Origin: Chrysomallon squamiferum
Taxonomy: Eukaryota; Animalia; Mollusca
Length of the DNA: 64,000 bases
Reading direction: 5' to 3'
NCBI GenBank assembly: GCA_012295275.1
Contig: CM022665.1
Location: forward strand, 16,678,001-16,742,000
A program made the translations under genes and the position numbers. This document shows, in pieces, positions 13,305 through 23,346 of this stretch (positions are counted from its first letter, which is position 1; the number at the start of each line of letters is the position of its first letter). Below the pieces are notes generated by a model. It was given only the letters and a program-made list of their open reading frames with translations. It was not told the DNA's origin and did not search any database.

Positions 13305-15104
13305 GTACACTGAGAAAAAGAACTATAGAGCGTGCACGCACGAACGCAATATATTTTTACAATGGACAAACATTTGATTATTTGTCTTTAGTCATAAATA
13401 TTAAAAATGCATTAATAAATTTAAAACAAAACAAAAAACACACAACCTAACACGTATCTGTTAAGACCCTGTTTATTTACACACCTTGAGGGTGTGGCAA
13501 GGCATGCATGCTGGTTGTGGTTTTCAAAATGAAGTGTTTTCCTTAAAAAATAATAATTTTAAGATTTAACTGGCACGTCGCAAAGTGCGGTCGACTTCCT
13601 CGTCCTGCTAGGTTTAGGGCGGAGTCAGAAAGCTCTCGGTAAGTTCATTTCGACAAGTCATTTAAAATCAAAACCTTTTCTCACTGACAACGTCTGTCGC
13701 TGGGAACCTGCAGCTAACGCGTTTGTTGGATTGTACTCTGGCCGTTAATTTGACGCTAGCGAGCAGATTTCTCTTCCATTCAAGGAGCTGGTTTGGACCT
13801 TTTTTGATTTTATTTTTAAAGAGTGGTTTTTTGGTGTTTTATTTTTTTTTTTTTTTTTTTTTTTTTTGGTGTTTGACGTTTATTATAAATGCTTATTTTA
13901 TTTTTTTTTATCTTGACCAAAGGGAGTATTGTGAGATTTTATTTTATTTTATATATATATATTTTTTTCATTAAAGGTATGTTATATTACGATTTTTTCA
14001 AACATATATTTGTCATGCCTACCTTTTTCTGATTTATTTATTATTTGAATTTTATTTCTTTTAATTAATTTATTTATTTACGTATTTATTTAAAGTAAAG
14101 ACGTAGAAAACAGGACTAAAGAAAAAGTAGGGGAACATAGTTGAAATTAAATATATATATTCTTTACATTTTATTTTGTAATCTCGATATGATGTTTGTA
14201 TCAACCACTGTCTTTTTCAGTTAAACATAATTTTTATTTATTAATTTACTTACTTATGTATTTATGTATTTATTTATTTATTTTTAAGAACATTACAAAT
14301 ATTTACATAAATATATGTATGTATGTGTATATATATCTAGACAAAGCAGAGAGAGGGAGTCAGGCGTTATGACGGACACGCAAATAAAGACACAAACATT
14401 CAGACTTTACTTTTTTCTCATAAATAATTAATGTTAAGAAAGAAGAAAAAGAAAGATTACAGCAACAACAACAACAACAAACAAAAAATAATAATGATAA
14501 TAATAATAATAATGATGATGATGCTGATGACGATGATGATAACAGTAGTAGTAGTAGTACTGATCCTTGAGTTATTATAATGACAGATTCTGGCCTAGAA
14601 TGTACAATTTTAGAGAAGTAGCTGTGATTTAAAATTATTATCTGGGGTTTTTCTATTTCTTTCCGATCTAGAACATTCCTCTATCACCGGACTAATTAAC
14701 ATTAACCACGGCTCTGCGTTCAATCTACACTTAAAAACCAAAAGTATACGAAACACCAAGGTACTGCTTGCATTCAACCTGCAAAATATTTCACAATACT
14801 TTCGAAAAAGCACGCTTCTGGCGTACTTGTTGGTGTTTCAAAGTGAAGTCGCTGCCGTAGCCGAATTGTTTGAATTGTCCCGCCAGGTAGATTATCAGTG
14901 CGGCTTTTGATCTTTGTGGTTTTGGCCAAACTTTGACCTTCAAAAACATTTACCTAATTGTGTGTGTGTCTGTAAGTACTCCTAACGTTGTCTTTTTCGT
15001 AAACAAGTCAAACTGTGCAAATACATGCGTGACGCGAAGACATTTTTTTTTTTTTTTCAACGTCTTTCTTTCTTTCACTTCTTGTTGTAAACACCTGCAT
15101 CTTT

Positions 15105-15710
15105 GTTGTATACATATCTCTATCTCTTTATTGTAGACATATCTCTATCCCTTTCTTGTATACATATTTCTATCTCTTTATTGTATACATATCTCTATCT
15201 CTTTCTTGTATACATATCTCTATCTCTTTATTGTATACATATCTCTATCTCTTTCTTGTATACATATCTCTGTCGCTTTCTTTTATACATATCTCTATCC
15301 CTTTCTTGTATACATATCTCTATCTCTTTATTGTATTCATATCTCTATTTCTTTCTTGTATACATATCTCTGTCGCTTTCTTTTATACATATCTCTATCC
15401 CTTTCTTGTATACATATCTCTATCTCTTTATTGTATTCATATCTCTCTTTCTTGTATACATATCTCTGTCGCTTTCTTTTATACATATTTCTCTTTTTTG
15501 TACACGCATGTCAGTCTCTTTCTTTTATACATATCTCTGACGCTTTCTTGTATACATATCTGATATTCAAGTATTCACATCTTTCTGTCTCTTTCTTGTA
15601 TACAATTTCTGTTTCTTATATACACATCTCTCAACGTATTTCTTGTATTCACATCTGTATTTCTTTCTTCCAATTATATCTCTCATCCTCCTGTATACAT
15701 ATCTCTCTGA
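15105..15710. repeat. ~25-bp minisatellite upstream of the esterase CDS
   Basis: Many copies of TGTATACATATCTCTATCTCTTT(A/C)T with higher-order variants, decaying toward the right. Explains the repetitive ORFs at 15103-15913. Confidence 0.9.
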
Positions 15711-15813
15711 CTCTTTGTGTGTGTGTGTATGTGTTTGTGTGTATATATCATTCATGTATTCATACCTCTCGGTCTCTTTTTTTTATATACATTCTTACTG
15801 TCTTTATTGAATA

Positions 15814-15908
<95 letters not shown>

Positions 15909-16136
15909 CATAAGTAGGTTGCATTTCAATATTGGAACACTTTTCTGAGACATGGATTATTGATACGTCCACTGATCTAATTCCTAGTCAAACCGTTCAC
16001 ATATAACGATGATCTGCAACCAGGGAAACGTGTTTGAAACCATGTGGGTCATAGTAACCTAAATTTGTTATTTAAGCAGATATTACCGTACAAATGAACT
16101 AACACGTGAAGGAATATTTTAAAGCACATCTAAGTA

Positions 16137-16200
<64 letters not shown>

Positions 16201-16699
16201 GAAGTAAAACATATTGATAATATGAAAAGTAAAACTCCAAGAACTGTTGTCTGGTTACTAAAAATGATTAACAGCAAAAGATGTTTGATATGTATATCCA
16301 CATAGCCTTTTATTATGATAATGATGTCGACAATGATAATGACAACAATAATGAAAACATAATGATAATGGGAATTTATTACAGTAATTATGTATTTAAT
16401 AATAATTATTATTATTACAACTAAACACCAAACCTCAGTGATGATCCTAACTCTCATGCTCTTTTTTATTTTATAAAATCATTTGAATAAACAGATAATA
16501 CTTTTTTTTTTTAAACTGAATTTAATGACTATTTTATACTTTGACCTGCACTGACAATAGACAGACATAGTTACATATTTTTTTTATTATTATTATTATT
16601 ATTTTTTTTTTTTATATAAATGTAAACTAGATGAAAGTGATAGGTGACTAACATATTGATACTTTTTACTGAAGTGGCTTTGTTTTTTCAGATTTCACC

Positions 16700-18870
16700 A
16701 TGATCTGGTTGCTCTGTTTGTTGGCGTTGTCCGCGTTTGATGTGTTGGCCCAGAGAGGGCCAATAGTGAATACAAACCTTGGAACTATTGAAGGAAGAGT
16801 TCGTAGATATCAGAATGATCCAGTTTTTATGTTTGTCGGTATTCATTATGCAGAAGCACCAATAGGAAGACTCAGATTTAAAAAACCCGTCCCCAGAAGA
16901 GCCTGGTCCGGTGTCCTTGACGCCACTAGATTTGGCCCATCATGTTCACAGAGGTCAAACACAGCATGGCTACCCAACAGAGACACTAGCGAGGACTGTT
17001 TGGTGTTGAATGTCTTTGTTCCTCGGACGTTAAATCCTAATCAACCAAAAGCTGTGATGGTGTGGATTCACGGAGGAGGTTTTGTAGTTGGACAAGGGAT
17101 GGCAAGAGATGGAACAAACTTGGCTATGACAGGAGACGTGATAGTAGTCACCATCAACTACAGATTAGACGTGTTTGGTTTTCTCTACACAGGAGACAGG
17201 GAATCGCCTGGGAACTACGGTCTTTGGGACCAGCAGCTGGCTATACAGTTTGTGAGAGATCACATATCAGGGTTTGGCGGAGATCCAAACAGAATTACTA
17301 TATTCGGAGAATCTGGCGGAGGTTACAGCGTGGGCATACATTCCATCATTCCATCAAGCCGAGGTTTGTTTCAGAGAGCTATATGTGAAAGCGGTGTTGG
17401 GATATCGCCACGTGCCATAGCTTTTGATCCAATTAATTTTACAAGACGGCTCAGTGATAACCTCGGCTGCACGAGACTCGATGCACGAGGACAACTAGAT
17501 ACTGCTGCCTTTATGGCATGCCTAAGGAACCAAGCGACAGGGAGGATTCTGGAGGCTTCTGCGAGGGCTAGAACTCCGACAAAATTGGCTTGGCGACTTG
17601 AGATTGCCCCAGTTGTAGATGGAGTGTTAGTACCCGCTCGACCAAACATTTTAATCAGCGAAAACAACCGCCAGCACTACAATCCCATGCCCACTATTGA
17701 CTTCATGGCCGGCGTCAACGATGCTGAAGGAGGTCTCGTCCTGTGGCCTCTAAGGAACTTCCAGCGAAATCTAAACTTTGACATCTCGCGGGGGATTCCG
17801 AGAAGAGTATTCTGTAACAACATAGCGCCCAGCATTGCCATGGACTATTTCAATGGATCAAGGGAAATAGCTGAAGCTATCTGCAGACAGTACTCCAATG
17901 TTTCAATCTCAAACGCCGAGCAGGCGAGACAAGTAGTCAACATGTACGGGGACATGATGTTTGTAGCTCCTACACAACTCTCCAATTTGATACACGACAG
18001 AAATAATCAGAACCGTGCAACGTATCAGTATCTGTTCACACAAGGGCGAGGAGGTTCTCCTGTGTGGTTTCAAGGAGCCAATCACGGAGCGGAGATGCCG
18101 TATGTATTCGGATCCCCCCGAGTAGCAAATAGACAGTTGTCACAGGAGATGATGAACTACTGGGCGAATTTCGCTAAGTTCGGGTTAGTATTGGAGTTAT
18201 TGTTTAGTGACTGTACTAGTGTTGTTCATGTGTGAGCATCGGCTGTAAATATACGCGTTTGTTAATACGATGTAAGTTAATGCATTAAACTCTTATTAAG
18301 CATAAGCAGGCAAACTGATATATTTTAGGTCTCAACAGCTGATTTTATAAAAGTGTATAATATTTATTTTTTTTTTTTTTTTTTTTTTTTGTAGACTTGG
18401 CTAAGATATTTCATGAATACGGACAGGAAAGTAACTGATAATATTAAGAAAAGGAATCAGAAGTTCATTATATGAAAATATACTTTATTTTCATAGTTTT
18501 TGCTGCTAATCGCTTATTTAAAATTTTATTTTATTCTATGCCACCTATTAATTTTTGCAGCAACCCAAACGGCCAGCCTGGTTCAGTGATAGTCCAGTGG
18601 CCAGCGTTCAACGTGTCACACAAAGGCTATATAACACTGGGAGGCAGAATCACAGCAAACTATGATCTCTGGCCGAGAAGAATGCAGTTCTGGCTGAACG
18701 AAATTCCTCGTTTACAACATGGCGGAAGTTTTCTACCAGTCCCCGACATACCGAGTACTCCACGAACGCCTACAGGATCACAGCCCCAGAGTCCGTCGGG
18801 AGCAAGGTCTTCATTCTATTGGTCAGTATCGATGATGATCACGTGGCTCGCTGTATTCTTTCTGCATTAG
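16700..18870 (+). CDS. Type-B carboxylesterase / cholinesterase-like protein (~597 aa), secreted and probably GPI-anchored
   Basis: Coding exons 16700-18183 and 18561-18870 join as FAKFG-NPNG. Signal peptide, SEDCLVLNVF, WIHGGGF oxyanion hole, GESGG nucleophile elbow, NDAEG (Glu) and NHGAE (His). Pro/Ser/Thr linker then a hydrophobic C-terminus. Acceptor TTTTTTCAG ends at 16690, so a non-coding first exon lies upstream. AATAAA at 18974. Confidence 0.93.
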
Positions 18871-19159
18871 AGCTGCTGTATGCTTGTTCAGCGGCAAGGA
18901 ATTAAGTAAAGGTGATTCTTGTTTGGTATTTTACACACGAGGTTGGCAGACACGAGGTTGGACATAACCACTGAATAAACTTACGCTTGCTTAAACTGCT
19001 GCTTTATGATTGATGTATCATTATTTTGCTGCTATCAGCGCTACAATTTAAATTTTATATATTTATTTATTTGTATGTATGTATAAGTGTAAATGTATGT
19101 CCATATACATATTTTTGTTTACAGTCCATACATTTTATTTGTTTGTGAATCATGAGAGA

Positions 19160-19210
<51 letters not shown>

Positions 19211-19435
19211 AGCTGACCAAACGTGGTTAAGGTAAAAGTGACATACTGTAGACTTCATGTGTAGCCATAACAAATATCAGTTTACCTTTTTTTCCCTTTT
19301 ATTTTTTAATAAATGATATATGAGTTACCGAATCAGTTTCCTTCGGTACACCCATTGAAATGTTTCTTCGTTCCTGTTACTGAAACGATTACTTAGTAAA
19401 AGCTGAAATATATTCTTTCCTATCTAGGATATGGC

Positions 19436-19494
<59 letters not shown>

Positions 19495-20399
19495 TTAATG
19501 GATCTCCAGCTCCATTAATATTAAATATAATTTTTTTGTTGTTGAAAATGTGAAGCAAGTGTTCATTCATTCATTGTTTGTCTCCTTGCAGGGGATAAAT
19601 AGTACCTATTGTTTGAGAAATGATAAACCAGCGAGCATGGATGTACAGTCTAACGTATCAGTTATGAAGTGGAAGAAGAAACACAGGCAATATTAATAAC
19701 AAAGCAGTGAAACTTAGTCATTTCAATTAGTATATTATGTTTTTGTATAGGCTAAGACCAAAGATATTTTATTTAAGATTCTGTATAATACAAAAGTTTT
19801 ATCTATTATTTTATTACATTTTAATTACAGTTATTTTTGTTTAATGTTTATTTTATGTGCACATCTCATAATCAATAGTCGATTTTGCCCAACCATGAAT
19901 CGGATTTACGTCGATCTCCCGTGTGACGAAAATTAGTCCCTGCGAAACAGACCTATGAAATTCAATCTAAGGGAAATAACTCTATTAATAGAAACACTGA
20001 GTCTTCGTAAACATAAATAAATAAATATGGCAATACAATTAAAAGAATATACAACTGTGGTCAGCAATTGCTGTTTCCCTTACACCATTTAAAAAACCAA
20101 AAACCAAAGAAATAAAAAAAATATAAACAAAAATCATAAATAATAATTACTAGGTCCATACATAAATTTTAGTTATGTATATATATATATATATATTTAA
20201 TTTAATCTCACTTGGTTTAACTTGAGTGGGATTTATCTGATCACACTCGATCTCTAGCATATTATATATTTATCCAGTATGTCATGTTTTTACATTTCAA
20301 CAGACAGCAGCAAAAACATTAATTTATCCAATATTTGGATAGGTAAAAGAAAATAGGGGAAACTTATTATAATAAAAAAAAACAAGATATCAAGACATC

Positions 20400-20469
20400 T
20401 GATTTTATCAAGTTTATTTACAACCTCCACATTTTAGACATTTTAGCTTCTTGGAATACTTGTAACATG
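20400..20469 (-). other. Probable non-coding terminal exon of the EGF-like gene
   Basis: Donor GTAAGT directly after 21131; acceptor TTTACTTTCAG at 20470-20480; AATAAA (minus strand) at 20413-20418. The 3' end is approximate. Confidence 0.55.
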
Positions 20470-21133
20470 CTGAAAGTAAAGAAACCCCCATGTATGTGTA
20501 TCTATACACACCACACAAATACATAGATTTCAGTTTTATATACAACAGTAGTTCAGACATTGATCATAGACTGATTTATTGTTTCAGATATACAAATATA
20601 TATATTATATATGTATGTTATGTATCGCAGCTTATTTGCAGCACAAACATATAACTATACATGTATTCTTTTCTATTTTACTTATGTGCATTAAAGATAT
20701 AATATCATTTAAAGTAGTGTTGTTATTTCATATCAGAAACAGTGAACTGGAATATAAATTTTGTAAAACTGAGATACTTGACAAATCATACAGAAAATTA
20801 TCACTGGAAGTTTATAAATTGTGCATATTTGATGATTTATACAAATTACATATTCATGAACTACCAATTATTATGTACTAATGTTCTAGATATATATCTA
20901 ATATATACACACATACACATGCATTCATGCATACACAATATACAACATGCACATATCCACACACACATCCATATACTGATACATGCACACACATACATAA
21001 AACATATATAAAAAATACATATACATACATAAACACATAGTGTAAGAGAAAGAAATAGATATGGTTTTATTAGCCAGTTAGATGGAGAATCCAACAGTAA
21101 AACTAAATTTATAATATGGAGTGGACTTACTTA

Positions 21134-22606
21134 TTACCCATTAAGCAGTAAAAGAACATCAATTTCTTCACATCTCTTTCCTGTCCACTCTTCTGGACAA
21201 CTGTAAACATCACAGTAAAACAAAATATGTAACCACATACATATATGTTTTATAATAAATATGTATATATATGTGTCTGCATATATTTATTAATGAGTAT
21301 TCTGTTGTCTTATGCACATCTGATTAGATTCTGCACATAAGACAATATTTGGGAATGCACTGGCACAGGAGGACAAAGTCATATCACAAACATCAAATGC
21401 TGCTGACAAAACTTGAACTTAAGTCACCCATTCCCCCACACTCCACAGGCAGAAGGCAATATTACTCGATGACCAAGACAGTTTTAAAAAAAAAAAAAAA
21501 CATTGCTGAGTAACTGAGTGTAAACCTAACTTCCTCCAAAGCAGCCAGATTTTTGTTTTGTCATTTTTCATGCATTTCTTTTTTTTCTTTTTCTCTTCTC
21601 TGACATTCTGACTAGTGAAAAAAAAGTTATTTTTACTTACAAACAAGTCTGTTGTTCAAGAGATGGAATGTACATACAGGTTCCACCATTCAAACAGTAT
21701 GTCTGCTTAAGACAAGGGGAATAATGTGCACATAATGACACAGCTGTTAAACAACAAATTGGATGAAAATCTCTCTCTCTGCATATGTGTTTTTGATGAA
21801 TATTTTAAAGACTTTTAAATGAGTGTTTATAAGTTTTAATATTTTTAACTGGGTATTTAATTTATTTGGATATACAGGTATATTCATTTTTAATTAGATA
21901 TACTTCTTTATTTACTTAATAATATTTTTAGTTGGGTATTTATTTTATTTTGGTGTCACATTTCTCAATCTCTTTCCTGGTTTCAGAAACAAATAGTGGA
22001 TATAATAACACAACTGTAAAAATTAGTGTGAAATAAATAAGTTGAATTAAGTATTTGCAAATTTGAATATCCATTTATCAATATTTCTCAGAAAGCAAAG
22101 ACTGCCATGTGTATGTATACATATACATACATACATACATACTTGATGAGCTTTGTTATCACTACCAATATTATTTAATTTACATAATCTTAATTATATT
22201 TAATTTATATAATGTTAATGAATATTTTAAACAATCCCAAAATTCATTATTTTTCAAATATCTTCTAAACAATATTTAATGGTTTTGTTTGTATTTTATA
22301 TGTGAAGTGTTTAACTTAATGGGAATCTAGATACAAAAAGAGTTAGGGCAGACATATAATAATATTTTACCTTTCATAAGTCTTAAGCTTTCCTAATACA
22401 TTTGTTTCAAAGGAATACACTATTTTATAAGAAATATATATATATTAAATAATGTTTTTTTAAAAAGCTATACATTAAAGTTTTAAGTTATATTAAGTTT
22501 ATTTTAAAAAGAGAGGTTATGTTCAGATCTATGATAATGAGTTAAATAACTCACCAAACACGCCGTAAAGTGGCACCAGAAAGAAGACTAAATGGAATGT
22601 CTTCAT
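21134..22606 (-). CDS. Secreted single-EGF-domain growth factor (ErbB/EGFR-ligand-like, no transmembrane segment), 73 aa
   Basis: Exons 22555-22606 (phase 1 donor GTGAGT), 21641-21743 (acceptor TTAACAG, phase 2 donor GTAAGT) and 21134-21200 (acceptor TTTACAG, stop TAA TAA) splice to MKTFHLVFFLVPLYGVFAVSLCAHYSPCLKQTYCLNGGTCMYIPSLEQQTCFCPEEWTGKRCEEIDVLLLLNG*. Contains a signal peptide and a six-Cys EGF motif with YCLNGGTC and GxRC. Confidence 0.9.
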
Positions 22607-23069
22607 ATCTGTAGTTGATATGTCACGACATATCTGAGCTGTATCTCACAGATGATACTTCCCACAGTAATTTATAAAAACCTTGTAAATGTTCACATAC
22701 ACATATACAAGCATACAAAAACATACAGCACATATACACAGCATAACAAACACATCACACGTGTCAAAAATCCCATACACACACCAAGAAATGACACACA
22801 TACATACACAAATCACCTGCCAGAGTGATACAAATCACACACACACACACACACACAGAGATTTTAGACTAAGTAAAGAATCCCACTAAGTTAGACAACA
22901 CAAATGTAAAATACAAACAAAGCCTTTAAATATTATTATTTAGAATGTATTTGAAAAATAATGAATTTTGGGATAATTTCAAATATTCATTAAGATTATA
23001 TATAAATTAAATATAATTAAGATTATGTAAATTAAATAATATTGGTAGTGATAACAAAGCTAATCAAGT
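22141..23069. repeat. Long inverted repeat (arms 22141-22328 and 22877-23069) enclosing the EGF-like gene promoter and exon 1; foldback/Pack-element-like
   Basis: Left arm ACTTGATGAGCTTTGTTATCACTACCAATATTATTTAATTTACATAATCTTAATT... aligns along its full length with the reverse complement of the right arm ...AATTAAGATTATGTAAATTAAATAATATTGGTAGTGATAACAAAGCTAATCAAGT. The outer ends are nearly identical; the inner ends are more diverged. Confidence 0.9.
22671..22676 (-). promoter_or_regulatory. Candidate TATA box of the EGF-like gene
   Basis: TATAAA on the minus strand about 65 nt upstream of the ATG at 22606. The motif is weak evidence in AT-rich DNA. Confidence 0.4.
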
Positions 23070-23346
23070 TTTCTACAACTGAAGCATAACAGTAAAATTT
23101 AGTAAATTTTAGATATTATTTTGTTATTTTCACTGTTATTAAATGTTTGTTTATTAAGTCTGATGTCTTTATTTCTGTCTCTCTCATTAGTTTGGTCTCA
23201 GGATCAGTTCTCCTTAGTGGAGACTCTGGGTTATTTTAGTGTTAGAATTTCAGAGTGACTGAAACAACACAAAAAAAAAAAAAAAAAAAAAAGATGAAAA
23301 AACCTACAAAAAACAAACCACAAACACAACATCAGAAGACATCATA

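Noticed and set aside
15103-15913. Long ORFs of 135-235 aa
   Set aside because: Translations of the 25-bp minisatellite and adjacent CT/TA repeats.
17062-17667. Alternative-frame and antisense ORFs within the esterase
   Set aside because: Shadow ORFs of a GC-richer coding exon.
21290-21402. Possible alternative 4-Cys last exon in EGF-like intron 2 (AFDVCDMTLSSC...), in phase with exon 1
   Set aside because: Weak acceptor, no recognisable motif, and a length compatible with chance.
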